From contig BTQG01000003.1 of the NCBI GenBank assembly GCA_036985755.1, positions 1-52,056 of the forward strand: a stretch of 52,056 bases of DNA, written 5' to 3'. Positions 1-8,823 of the stretch are shown piece by piece. Position numbers and translations under genes: made by a program. Within the stretch, counting starts at the first letter, position 1. Every line of letters begins with the position of its first letter. Origin of the DNA: Acidimicrobiia bacterium (GTDB lineage: Bacteria > Actinomycetota > Acidimicrobiia > Spongiisociales > UBA5794). The notes beneath the pieces were generated by a model. It was not told the origin of the DNA. It did not search any database and was given only the letters and a program-made list of their open reading frames with translations.

Positions 1-613
1 CGTCGACGCAGTAATACGAGTCGAATTGCACCAATGCATCGCTGCTCTCGCCGGTACGCACAAGATACGTGTTGGGTTTCACGCTCACGATGTGACTAAT
101 GAACGAATACGAATACCAATGCCCCATCGCGGGGTTTTCCGGCTCGTCGTCGTCCTCGCCCCCGAGACGGTCGACGACGAACGCAACCGATGCCGGCGGG
201 TTCGCCGTTTCCAGCGGAACCTCACCCAGATCGAACGCTCCACCCGGACCCGACGGGTTGGTCACTCCTGAGTTGGTGAGCACCTTGGTACGGCGGAAGG
301 CCACATCCCACCCGGGCGATGCCAAGTCGCCGTCGACGATCTGGCCATCGTCGAAATCGAACAGAACCCAATCCACCTTGCTGGTGGCATCAACCGTGTA
401 GCGAGTCCACTCCTCGACAGCGATCACCTCGTCCTTGACGACGGCCGCTTCGTTCGGTGCGGTCGGCTCGAATCCCACCGGGCGAGGCTGGAAACTGCCC
501 CAGAGAAACAGTCCTGTGATGGTGAGGACGACGGCGATCGGCACACCGATCAGCCACGTCCTCTTGTACTGCCACCATCGACGACGAGTGGTCCGTGCCG
601 GTCCCTCATCCAT
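1..613 (-). CDS. HmuY-like membrane-anchored hypothetical protein (partial; 3' end runs off the window)
   Basis: Absent from the ORF track because no stop lies in the window. My minus-strand translation from ATG 613..611 gives MDEGPARTTRRRWWQYKRTWLIGVPIAVVLTITGLFLWG (Arg-rich N-terminus plus one TM helix). It continues ...WVLFDFDDGQIV...GWDVAFRRTKVLTNSG...HWYSYSF...TYLVRTGESSDALVQFDSYYC and stays open to base 1. The resemblance to HmuY-family proteins is tentative. Confidence 0.55.
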   Translation of the reverse strand, partial: MDEGPARTTRRRWWQYKRTWLIGVPIAVVLTITGLFLWGSFQPRPVGFEPTAPNEAAVVKDEVIAVEEWTRYTVDATSKVDWVLFDFDDGQIVDGDLASPGWDVAFRRTKVLTNSGVTNPSGPGGAFDLGEVPLETANPPASVAFVVDRLGGEDDDEPENPAMGHWYSYSFISHIVSVKPNTYLVRTGESSDALVQFDSYYCVD

Positions 614-920
614 TCAGGTCACGCTCCTCCAATGGCCGCTACTCGCCAAATGTCGACGATGAAGCTATTGGCCTTCATTGCATCCAGTCCGGTTCGCTAC
701 GAACCGACGACGCCACCTTGCGTTCCCCGCCAGCGTGCGGAAGTTGTGGGCGTGCAACCAGAGGCTTGTGGCCCAACCCGGGACCGGGCGCCCATATCGA
801 CCTGCGAGGCATCACATCGGCGCTCGCTTCTTCGAGTGTCCGGCCGCGGGCGCCTGGGGCGGCTTAGCTAGTGCCGAGTGCCGGTTGAGGTGAGTTGGCG
901 ACGTCGGCCCATCGTCCGGC

Positions 921-1094
921 TTAGCCGCCGACCCAGTCGACCACCCAGACGATGCCCTGGATCAGGCGCCAGCCGAGGTAGATGGCGGCGGACACGATCA
1001 GCAGGATGAACGACCAGGGCCACTTCTCGTCCGAGCCGTCCGGCTCGTCGGCGGCTTCGGACTCGGGGCCAGGGACCCGGGACTCCTCACTCAT
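921..1094 (-). CDS. small membrane protein (57 aa), translationally coupled to the carboxyltransferase gene
   Basis: This is the tail of track ORF 921..1604: MSEESRVPGPESEAADEPDGSDEKWPWSFILLIVSAAIYLGWRLIQGIVWVVDWVGG (acidic N-terminus plus one TM helix). Its ATG 1094..1092 overlaps the upstream TGA as ATGA. It sits where small epsilon subunits follow actinobacterial carboxyltransferase genes, but I recognise no sequence match. Confidence 0.45.
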   Translation of the reverse strand: MSEESRVPGPESEAADEPDGSDEKWPWSFILLIVSAAIYLGWRLIQGIVWVVDWVGG

Positions 1095-2623
1095 ACCGGG
1101 GGCACCCCGTGGCGGCGCTCGGAGAAACTGCGATCTTTCCTCGCCGCATAACGCAGCCGGGCGATCAGCTCGCGGCGAAGCTCCTCCGGTTGGATCACGG
1201 CGTCCACCACGATCTCCGCCGACAACCGCAGCAGGTCGACATCCTCGATGTACTCGTTGCGCTTCTCCTCGACGAATGCCTCCCGCTCCCCCTCGGGCAG
1301 CGCCTCGATCTGGTTGAAATAGACGGCGTTGACCGCCGCTTCCGGGCCCATGACTGCGATCTCTGCGGTGGGCAGGGCAAGGGTGGCGATCGGGTCGAGC
1401 CCTGGACCGGAAAAGGCATACAGGCCTGCCCCGTATGCCTTGCGCACGATCACCGAGATCCGGGGAACGGTCGACTCGGCGATGGCGGTCAACATCTTGG
1501 CTCCCGACCTGATGATCCCTGCTCGCTCTACCTCGGTGCCAACCATGAAACCGGGCACATCGGCGAAATACAACAACGGCAGGTTCATCGAATCGCACAG
1601 CCACATGAATCGGGCCGCCTTGTCCGCAGAGTCGACGAAGAGCACGCCGCCGAGATGGTTCGGCTGCGAGGCCACGATGCCGACCGGTTTTCCGTCGAGC
1701 AGGGCGAAGGCGGTGATCACCTCCCTGGCGTACAACTCCTTGATCTGGAAGATCGAGGCCTCGTCGAAGATGCCGCGCAGCAAATCGAGCATGTCGTAGA
1801 CGGCCTTGGGGTCGTCGGGCAGTGTCTCTGCCGGCACATATCCCTCGGCGGGCGGTTCGGCGGAATAGGCGGGTGGCAGCACCCGGTAGTGGTCGGCAAC
1901 ATACGAAAAGTACTGCTGGGCCCAGGCGATCGCCTCCTCGTCGCTCTGCACCAAGGCGTCGCCACAGCCGGAGACCTCACAGTGCATTCGGGCCCCGCCC
2001 ATCTCCTCGAGCGTCGTCTCCTCCCCGATGACCATCTGTGCCATCCGCGGCGACCCGAGGTACATCGAGGCCCTGCCTTCCACCATCACCACCACGTCGC
2101 AGAACGATGGGATGTAAGCGCCACCGGCGGCAGAAGGGCCGAACAGGCAGCAGATCTGGGGAACCCTTCCCGAAAGGCGTACCTGGTTGTAGAAGATGTT
2201 GCCGGCACCCCTTCGGCCGGGGAAGAGATCCACCTGATCGGTGATCCGGGCTCCGCCGGAATCGACCAGGTAGAACACCGGGAGCATTTCTTCGTATGCG
2301 GCTTCGAGGGCGCGGATCATCTTCTCCACGGTGAGGCGGCCCCAGCTCCCCGCCTTCACCGTCGGGTCATTGGCGATGACGACCACCGGGCGCCCATCGA
2401 CCGTTCCCCGGCCCGTGACCACTGCGTCGGCGCCGAAACCTTCCTCGAGGGCGTTGGCGAGCAGGCCGTCTTCGACGAACGAACCGGGGTCACACAGCAG
2501 GTCGACCCGGTCGCGCACGAACAGCTTTCCCTGCGCTTTCAGCTTCTCGTGGTGCCGGTCCGGTCCCCCGGTGGCGGCGCGGTCGGTCGCCTCGTGGAAA
2601 CGGTCGCTCAGCGATCCGGTCAC
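1091..2623 (-). CDS. acyl-CoA carboxylase carboxyltransferase (beta) subunit
   Basis: Track ORF 1091..2977 is trimmed to GTG 2623..2621 (VTGSLSDRFHEATD...), which has GGAGG 5 nt upstream and overlaps the der stop as GTGA. Carboxyl-transferase hallmarks are KLFVRDRVDLLCDPGSFVE, VVIANDPTVKAGSWG, FGPSAAGGAYIP and GGARMH, with a second CT subdomain. Length is about 510 aa. Confidence 0.9.
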   Translation of the reverse strand: MTGSLSDRFHEATDRAATGGPDRHHEKLKAQGKLFVRDRVDLLCDPGSFVEDGLLANALEEGFGADAVVTGRGTVDGRPVVVIANDPTVKAGSWGRLTVEKMIRALEAAYEEMLPVFYLVDSGGARITDQVDLFPGRRGAGNIFYNQVRLSGRVPQICCLFGPSAAGGAYIPSFCDVVVMVEGRASMYLGSPRMAQMVIGEETTLEEMGGARMHCEVSGCGDALVQSDEEAIAWAQQYFSYVADHYRVLPPAYSAEPPAEGYVPAETLPDDPKAVYDMLDLLRGIFDEASIFQIKELYAREVITAFALLDGKPVGIVASQPNHLGGVLFVDSADKAARFMWLCDSMNLPLLYFADVPGFMVGTEVERAGIIRSGAKMLTAIAESTVPRISVIVRKAYGAGLYAFSGPGLDPIATLALPTAEIAVMGPEAAVNAVYFNQIEALPEGEREAFVEEKRNEYIEDVDLLRLSAEIVVDAVIQPEELRRELIARLRYAARKDRSFSERRHGVPPV

Positions 2624-3939
2624 TCGTACCTCCTCTTCCGCCGGCGAGCCACGACCCGTACCGGGGTGCCGGTGAAGTCGTAGAGCTCTCGCACGCGTCT
2701 TTCGATAAAACGAAGGTAGTCGGGCGACAGGTCCCCGCCACGCACAAACAAGATGATCGTCGGCGGCTCGGTCTCGGCCTGCACCGAATAGATGATGCGC
2801 GGCCGCTTTCCCCCCCTGACCGGCGGAGGGTGGCCCTCCTGCAAGCTCCGGATCAGCCGGTTCAATTCCGGGGTCGGGATGCGTCGCCTTCGGTTTTCCA
2901 GCACGGTGGCGACCGCCTTGGGCAGGCGGTGCAGGCGCGAGCCCGTCTTGGCGGACATTCGGAGGATCGGAGCCCAATCCACGAAGGCCAAGCGGTCGGC
3001 AACGCTGTCTTCGGTGAAAAAACGCTCGTCCTCATCGCGAATGTCCCATTTGTTCAGGAGCAGGATGAGACCGACTCCGGCGTCGACGATCTCCTCGGCG
3101 AGCCGTTGCTCCTGGTGCGTCGCCCCCTTGGTCCCGTCGATCATCAGCAGCGCAACGTCTGCGTCCCTGAGCACGTCGCGGGCGCGCAGCACCGCATAAC
3201 GCTCGACATCGTCGGTGATCTTGGTGCGGCGTTTGATCCCCGCGGTGTCGATGATCTCGAACGGCTCCCCCTCCAGGTCGACCACCAGGTTGATCGGATC
3301 CCTCGTGGTGCCCGGCACCTCGGAAACCAGCACCCGCTCGCTGCCCGCCAGCTTGTTGAGCAGCGTCGACTTGCCGACGTTGGGGCGCCCGATGATGGCC
3401 AGGCTGGCGATGACGTCTTCTTCTTCGAGCTCCTCTCCTTCCGGCAAGGTGTCGACGAGGCGGTCGAGCAGATCCCCGGTGTTGCGGCCGTGCAAGGCGC
3501 TGATCGCCACCGGCTCACCCAGCCCGAGGCCCCACAGGTGATCGAGTTGCAACTCAGCCGCCGGCCCGTCGACCTTGTTGGCGGCAAACACGTAGGGGAC
3601 GTCGCTTCGCTGCAGCACCCTGGCCACGCCGATGTCGTCGTCGGTCACCTCGGTGGTGGCATCGGTGACGAACACCACAACGTCCGCCCCGGCGACCGCG
3701 ATTTCGGCCTGCTCCTTGATGTCTGCGGTCAACTGCTCCCCCGGTCGCTGCTCCCATCCGCCGGTGTCCACGACGATGAATTGGCGACCTGCCCATTCGG
3801 CGTCGAACTCGCGTCGATCCCTGGTGACCCCGGTCTGCTCGTCGACCACCGCCGATTTGCGTCTCAGGATCCGGTTGACCAGCGTTGACTTGCCAACATT
3901 GGGCCGCCCAAGGATCACGACGACGGGTCGGGCACTCAT
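2620..3939 (-). CDS. der: ribosome-biogenesis GTPase Der (EngA)
   Basis: Two tandem GTPase domains, each with GRPNVGKST (G1), DTGG/DTAG (G3) and NKVD/NKWD (G4), followed by a C-terminal KH-like domain. Length 439 aa. ATGA overlap with the upstream gene. Confidence 0.97.
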   Translation of the reverse strand: MSARPVVVILGRPNVGKSTLVNRILRRKSAVVDEQTGVTRDRREFDAEWAGRQFIVVDTGGWEQRPGEQLTADIKEQAEIAVAGADVVVFVTDATTEVTDDDIGVARVLQRSDVPYVFAANKVDGPAAELQLDHLWGLGLGEPVAISALHGRNTGDLLDRLVDTLPEGEELEEEDVIASLAIIGRPNVGKSTLLNKLAGSERVLVSEVPGTTRDPINLVVDLEGEPFEIIDTAGIKRRTKITDDVERYAVLRARDVLRDADVALLMIDGTKGATHQEQRLAEEIVDAGVGLILLLNKWDIRDEDERFFTEDSVADRLAFVDWAPILRMSAKTGSRLHRLPKAVATVLENRRRRIPTPELNRLIRSLQEGHPPPVRGGKRPRIIYSVQAETEPPTIILFVRGGDLSPDYLRFIERRVRELYDFTGTPVRVVARRRKRRYE

Positions 3940-5327
3940 CGCACCGCCGCCTCGAGTAGTCCCCCCGCGGTGGTGGTGGCCACGATGAGCGGCGCCGGGG
4001 CAACGTTGCGTACGTCGTCCAGCGTCACATCGTCGAGGAAGGTGTCACCGGAGAGCGCCACATCTGGCAGCAGATAACGACCGGTGGGCTCGGTATCGGC
4101 ACGGATCGAGCGCATCACGTCCGATCCGGTCAGCAATCCGGCCACTCCGGTGTTGCCTCCGAAGAACTCGTTGGGCACGCTCATCAGGCGCAGCGGGCGA
4201 CGGGCGAGTTTCTCCAGGCTGCCGAGCACCGGCCGCAGCGCCATCTCGCCGTAGGGACCGGTGAGGACGGCCGCCGGGCCCGGCTCGCCGGGCGGGTCGT
4301 CGCCGCTGTGTTTGCGGGCCCGATAGAACTCGGCAGGCGCCGACGGGATCGTCCGCCACTCCCCGCTCACCACCGGTGGTGTCTCGTCGTCTCCGGCTTC
4401 GATCGCGGCCAGCTCGTCATAGAACGCCCGCACCATGCCGATCCCATTCTCGTGTTGGGAGAACCCCTCGTACGCCTCACTGGGGGGAATCTCCATACCG
4501 GCTCTCAGGTACAGCTCGTCGGAGGCGAAGAACATACGGTGGCCGACCACCTCGAGGGCCCGGTCCTGCCAGAAGTGCACCGCATCGAGGTCGGCGGCCG
4601 CTTCCTCCTCGCTGTGTGGGTAGAGGTGCTCTTCGGTGTTGTACCGCGACAAACCAAGCGGCACGATACCGACCGTCGCCAGCTTCGGGTACCGCCCCAG
4701 GATCTCGGCGGCGGTGCGCTCGAACACCGCCCCGTTGTTGATCCCTGGGCACAGCACCACCTGTCCGTGCACCGTCACCCCGCGGTCGAGCAGCGCACGC
4801 AACCAGCGAAGCGACGTTCCGCCGCGACGGTTGCGCAACATTCGGGAGCGGACCTCGGGATCGGTGGCATGGATCGACACGTACAGGGGCCCGAGGCGCT
4901 CCTCGACCACCCTGGCCAGATCGAGCTCGGTGAAGCGGGTCAGCGTGGTGAAGTTCCCGTAGAGGAACGACAGCCGGTAGTCGTCATCCTTCAGGTACAG
5001 CGTCTTGCGCATGCCGGGCGGCAGCTGGTAGATGAAACAGAACTCGCAGTGGTTGTCGCAGGTCTGGACTCTGTCGAAGATCGAGGCGTTCAGCCGGAGC
5101 CCTGCAGGCTCGCCGGCGGCCTTGTCCAGGCGCACCGTGGTGTGTGCGCCTGCTCTGGCGACCGTCAGCTCGGGGTCGGGGTCATCGATGAGCTGCTGGT
5201 ACTCGATGACATCGGTGGGGACGACGCCGTTGACGGCGACGAGCTCATCACCAATATCGAGCCCTGCATGAGCCGCAGGGCTCCCAGGGACGACCTCGAG
5301 CACGGTGGGATGGGACATCGGTGCCAC
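3936..5327 (-). CDS. PDZ domain + radical-SAM (DUF512-type) protein
   Basis: The N-terminal PDZ-like segment is LEVVPGSPAAHAGLDIGDELVAVNG. CDNHCEFCF is a CxxxCxxC radical-SAM cluster motif. The long C-terminal domain and the position directly upstream of der are typical of DUF512 proteins. The start may be GTG 5327 or ATG 5318. Confidence 0.85.
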   Translation of the reverse strand: MAPMSHPTVLEVVPGSPAAHAGLDIGDELVAVNGVVPTDVIEYQQLIDDPDPELTVARAGAHTTVRLDKAAGEPAGLRLNASIFDRVQTCDNHCEFCFIYQLPPGMRKTLYLKDDDYRLSFLYGNFTTLTRFTELDLARVVEERLGPLYVSIHATDPEVRSRMLRNRRGGTSLRWLRALLDRGVTVHGQVVLCPGINNGAVFERTAAEILGRYPKLATVGIVPLGLSRYNTEEHLYPHSEEEAAADLDAVHFWQDRALEVVGHRMFFASDELYLRAGMEIPPSEAYEGFSQHENGIGMVRAFYDELAAIEAGDDETPPVVSGEWRTIPSAPAEFYRARKHSGDDPPGEPGPAAVLTGPYGEMALRPVLGSLEKLARRPLRLMSVPNEFFGGNTGVAGLLTGSDVMRSIRADTEPTGRYLLPDVALSGDTFLDDVTLDDVRNVAPAPLIVATTTAGGLLEAAVR

Positions 5328-5372
5328 CGATGGTACCTACCGATGCTGAGCTTCCGACTGCCCCTATTCTCC

Positions 5373-6425
5373 ATGGTGATGCCGAAAACCGTTGTACTCG
5401 CTGAGCCGCGGGGGTTCTGTGCCGGGGTTGAGATGGCGATCAAGGCCCTGACCTGGATGGTGCAGGTCTTCGAACCGCCGGTGTACTGCTACCACGAGAT
5501 CGTGCACAACGCGGCGGTGGTGGCGGGTTTCGAGCGGGCAGGAGTCGTTTTTGTCGACGATGTCACCGACGTGCCTCCGGGAAGGCCGATCATGCTGTCG
5601 GCTCACGGCTCGGCACCGGATGTGGTCGCTGCCGCCGATGACCGGGCCGCAGTGCTCATCGATGCGGTGTGTCCTCTGGTGACCAAGGTGCATCACGAGA
5701 TGCGCAGAATGAGCACCGAGGGGTTCGACATCATCTACATCGGCCACCAGGGCCACGACGAGGCAATTGGATCCCTGGCAGAGGCTCCAGACGCCGCTCA
5801 CCTGATCGATCCACGGGTCGGGCTGGCTTCGTTCACCCCTGCCGATGAAAACAAGGTGGCGCTGCTGGCGCAGACGACGCTCGGATTCTACGAGTGGGAA
5901 GGGGTGCTCGACGAGGCGCGAAGGCGATTTCCCTCGGTAAAGACGGCGAGGAAGAGCGACCTGTGTTACGCCACAACAAACCGGCAGGAGGCCATCGAGT
6001 CCATCGCCGAGGTGGCACCGGTCATCCTCGTCGTCGGTTCCGAGAACTCGTCCAACACCCAGGCCCTGGTGCGGGTTGCCAGGAATGCCGGGGCGCAAGC
6101 CCACCGCATAGACGGACCAGGCGATATCGACCCGTCATGGTTCGAGGGCATCGACGTCGTCGGCGTCAGCGCCGGGGCATCGGCCCCCGACCAGCAGGTA
6201 CAGGCGGTGATCGACGCGATAGCCCCGACCGAAGGGGTCGAGCGGCTTCGCGTCACCGACGAGGACGAGTACTTTCCCCTGCCGCCCCGCCTTCGCTCGT
6301 TTGTGGCGACCCTGCAATCCCTGATCGAGGGCGGTTTTGCTGCTCGCACGATCGGTGAGCCCGGGCCCATCGACGAGGATCGTGATTGGGGTGCGACCGA
6401 GGCGCTCGAGTTGATAGCGCTGTAG
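5373..6425 (+). CDS. ispH: 4-hydroxy-3-methylbut-2-enyl diphosphate reductase
   Basis: Track ORF 4308..6425 is trimmed to the ATG-GTG-ATG start cluster at 5373..5381 (MVMPKTVVLAEPRGFCAGVEMAI). The three IspH Cys contexts are PRGFCAGV, AVCPLVTKVH and DLCYATTNRQ. TATTCT at 5365..5370 lies just upstream, so the mRNA may be leaderless. Confidence 0.95.
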   Translation: MVMPKTVVLAEPRGFCAGVEMAIKALTWMVQVFEPPVYCYHEIVHNAAVVAGFERAGVVFVDDVTDVPPGRPIMLSAHGSAPDVVAAADDRAAVLIDAVCPLVTKVHHEMRRMSTEGFDIIYIGHQGHDEAIGSLAEAPDAAHLIDPRVGLASFTPADENKVALLAQTTLGFYEWEGVLDEARRRFPSVKTARKSDLCYATTNRQEAIESIAEVAPVILVVGSENSSNTQALVRVARNAGAQAHRIDGPGDIDPSWFEGIDVVGVSAGASAPDQQVQAVIDAIAPTEGVERLRVTDEDEYFPLPPRLRSFVATLQSLIEGGFAARTIGEPGPIDEDRDWGATEALELIAL

Positions 6426-6501
6426 AGAGTGGCCTTTGTCTGTCGTCCAGGGCGAGGCGGAGGGGGTCATGACACTGTCGCGACCCACGGTTTGACCCCT
6501 C

Positions 6502-6538
6502 CCCGCCCTTCGGGCGGGACTCCCCCCTGAGGGGGGAG
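6502..6538. terminator. two adjacent GC-rich hairpins between convergent ispH and cmk
   Basis: The first hairpin is CCCGCCC-ttc-GGGCGGG (6502..6518). The second is CTCCCCCC-tga-GGGGGGAG (6520..6538). Neither has a clear U-tract on either side, so terminator function is inferred from position only. Confidence 0.35.
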
Positions 6539-6550
6539 CAAAGATATCGT

Positions 6551-7549
6551 CTACCTCGATCCGTATTCGACGGCTGCTTCGAGCAGGTCGGTGATCGGGT
6601 CGCGTAAAACCTCGTCCCAGTCGTCGATGACCACATAACGCATCTGGCGGCCGTCCCCATCGAGCAGGGCCTCGGGGTCGGGCAGCTCTACACCGTGTTC
6701 GAACCCGAGCTTCACCGACTCGTCCTTGGGAAAGATGCCGGCAACGTAACCGGCGTCGGGGTGGTGGTAGCCGAGGCCGTGCCAACCGCTGTTCACCTTC
6801 TCTGTCGCCAGCGGCAGGCCGGAGCGCACGACGGCGCGAAGGATCTGGGTGGCGGCGATGACCCTGGGGCTGTGCCCGGCGAGAAGCGATGACAGCGCCA
6901 GCGCCCTGGCCTCTGTGACATGGCGCAGCACCAGGTCGGTGACCTGATCGGCGGACAGATCTCCGGTGTCGATGAGCACGGCGTCGGCTGCTGGATGCAG
7001 CGGAGATACCTTGCGGGTCGAATCGGCGTGGTCCCTCGCCGCAAGCTCGGCGGCAATGGCAGCTACGTCCATGCCTGCTGCCTCTGCATCGTTGGCTCGT
7101 CTGGTGGCCCTGACCTCGGGGGTTGCGGTGAGATACACCTTCACCTCGGCGTCGGGGAACACCACGGTCCCGATGTCGCGACCGTCGACTACTCCGGAGT
7201 CACCGCGGTCCCACAACCACGATCGTTGTAAATCCACGATCCGTTCCCGGACCTGCGCATGCACAGCTACCGCGCTCGACGCCGCCGTCACCTCGGGCGT
7301 TCGAATGGCGGTGGTCACATCCTCGCCATCGAGGTACACGGTTCCGGTGTCGAAGGAGAGGGTCGCGGCATCGAGCGCCTCGAGCACGTCTTGTTGTATA
7401 TCGGGATCGCCGCCGGCACGAAGCGCGGCAAGGGCTGCCGCCCGATACGTTGAACCGGTCTCGAGATGAGGGAGGTCGAGCGCTTCGGCCACACGCCGAG
7501 CGACGGTCGATTTCCCTACCCCTCCTGGTCCGTCGATCGTGATGACCAC
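6551..7549 (-). CDS. cmk: cytidylate kinase fused to a C-terminal DUF1801/YdhG-like domain
   Basis: The N-terminus MVITIDGPGGVGKSTVARRVAE (P-loop) through about aa 215 looks like a complete Cmk. About 115 further residues lie in the same ORF (…KVNSGWHGLGYHH…FPKDESVKLGFEHGVELPDPEALLDGDGRQMRYVVI…). These match the DUF1801 pattern as I remember it. Confidence 0.88.
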   Translation of the reverse strand: MVITIDGPGGVGKSTVARRVAEALDLPHLETGSTYRAAALAALRAGGDPDIQQDVLEALDAATLSFDTGTVYLDGEDVTTAIRTPEVTAASSAVAVHAQVRERIVDLQRSWLWDRGDSGVVDGRDIGTVVFPDAEVKVYLTATPEVRATRRANDAEAAGMDVAAIAAELAARDHADSTRKVSPLHPAADAVLIDTGDLSADQVTDLVLRHVTEARALALSSLLAGHSPRVIAATQILRAVVRSGLPLATEKVNSGWHGLGYHHPDAGYVAGIFPKDESVKLGFEHGVELPDPEALLDGDGRQMRYVVIDDWDEVLRDPITDLLEAAVEYGSR

Positions 7550-8823
7550 ACAGCCTCCAACGCGTCAAAGAACGTCGGCCAGGATACGGCGGCGGCAGAC
7601 GCACCCTCGATCGTCACCGGTCCGTTGGCTCCCGTAGCCGCCACCCCTGCGGTCATGGCAATCCGGTGGTCCCCGGCGGCGGTGACGGTCCCCCCCTCCA
7701 GAAACCCGGTCCCGAGCACCTCGAAGCCGTCGGCGGTGGGCTCTGCCCCTCCGCCGAGGGAACGGATCATGGCGACGGTGGATTCGATCCGGTCGCTCTC
7801 CTTGACCCGAAGCTCGGCGGCATCCCGGACCACGGTGACCCCTTCGGCATAGGCACCGAGAACGGCGACGAGGGGAAGCTCATCGATGGCAGCCGCTGCG
7901 AGGGCACCCGACACCTCGGTGGCGGTCAAACCTGCCCCGGTAACCGAAACGACCCCCACCGGGTCTCCGTGGATGGCACCGGTGACTTCGGCCTGCACGT
8001 CCGCTCCCATCCGTTCCAGGACGGAGAGGAAACCCAGCCGGCCCGGGTTCAACGAAACGCCGGGTGTCACCACCCGAGAGCCGGCGATGATGGCGGCTGT
8101 CGCCCACAGGTAAGCGGCACTCGATGGATCCGATGGGATCTCGTACTCGGTGGCGGGGACCGGTCCGGGATCGACCCGGAACCTGCCGTCACCGGCTCGC
8201 TCTCCGAGACCGAAGGCCTCCAGCCAGCGTTCCGTGTGGTCCCGAAAACCCTCGGGCCCGTCGATCGTGGATACTCCTTCGGCCTGGATGGCGGCGAACT
8301 CGAAGGCGGTGCGCACCTGCGCCGATGCCAGACCAATCGTCACCTCGGCACCGTGGAGACCCCCGCCGCCGGTGATGACCGGAGGAACTCCACCCGCCCT
8401 CGTCTCGATGGTGGCGCCGAGAGCGCCGAGCGGGGCGGCCAACCGACCCATCGGGCGGCGCATCAGCGATTCGTCTCCGACCAGCGTGGTGCGGAAGGCC
8501 TGTCCTGCGGCGGCGCCGGTGAGCAGACGCATGGTGGTGCCTGAATTGGCGCAGTCGATCGGGTCGTCCGGTGCCATCCACCGGTGCCCGGTGATCCGGT
8601 CACGGGTGGCAGTGACGCCGAACCGTCGGATCGCTCGCAGGGTGGTGGCGACATCGGCTCCGGGGGCGAGGCCGGTGATCCGACTCTCGCCCTCGGCCAT
8701 AGCCGCCAGCAGCAAGGCCCGATGCGATAGGGACTTATCGCCGGGAACCAGGACCCCTGTGGTGAATACATCCTCGGGCGGGGTGATCACACGCCTATCG
8801 CGATCAGGCATGGCCGTCGTCAC
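7516..8823 (-). CDS. aroA: 3-phosphoshikimate 1-carboxyvinyltransferase (EPSP synthase)
   Basis: Motifs GDKSLSHRALLLAAMAEG, NSGTTMRLL and GDHRIAM in a 435-aa ORF. The start may be GTG 8823 or ATG 8811. The 3' end overlaps the cmk start by 34 nt. Confidence 0.94.
   Translation of the reverse strand: MTTAMPDRDRRVITPPEDVFTTGVLVPGDKSLSHRALLLAAMAEGESRITGLAPGADVATTLRAIRRFGVTATRDRITGHRWMAPDDPIDCANSGTTMRLLTGAAAGQAFRTTLVGDESLMRRPMGRLAAPLGALGATIETRAGGVPPVITGGGGLHGAEVTIGLASAQVRTAFEFAAIQAEGVSTIDGPEGFRDHTERWLEAFGLGERAGDGRFRVDPGPVPATEYEIPSDPSSAAYLWATAAIIAGSRVVTPGVSLNPGRLGFLSVLERMGADVQAEVTGAIHGDPVGVVSVTGAGLTATEVSGALAAAAIDELPLVAVLGAYAEGVTVVRDAAELRVKESDRIESTVAMIRSLGGGAEPTADGFEVLGTGFLEGGTVTAAGDHRIAMTAGVAATGANGPVTIEGASAAAVSWPTFFDALEAVWSSRSTDQEG

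Noticed and set aside
614-920. Cobalamin (or other) riboswitch upstream of the HmuY-like gene
   Set aside because: Fragments such as GGGAA...GGTG are present on the minus strand. I could not find the B12 box or the GCCACTG core, nor the core motifs of ThDP or SAM riboswitches. It is kept only as an unassigned structured region.
1109-2683. 524-aa plus-strand ORF
   Set aside because: It lies fully antisense to the carboxyltransferase gene, which has clear family motifs. Its translation is Arg/Gly/His/Pro-rich with no recognisable motif. This is the typical long shadow ORF of high-G+C DNA.
2830-3888. 352-aa plus-strand ORF
   Set aside because: It is antisense to der, whose double GTPase motifs are unambiguous. 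The composition is junk-like.
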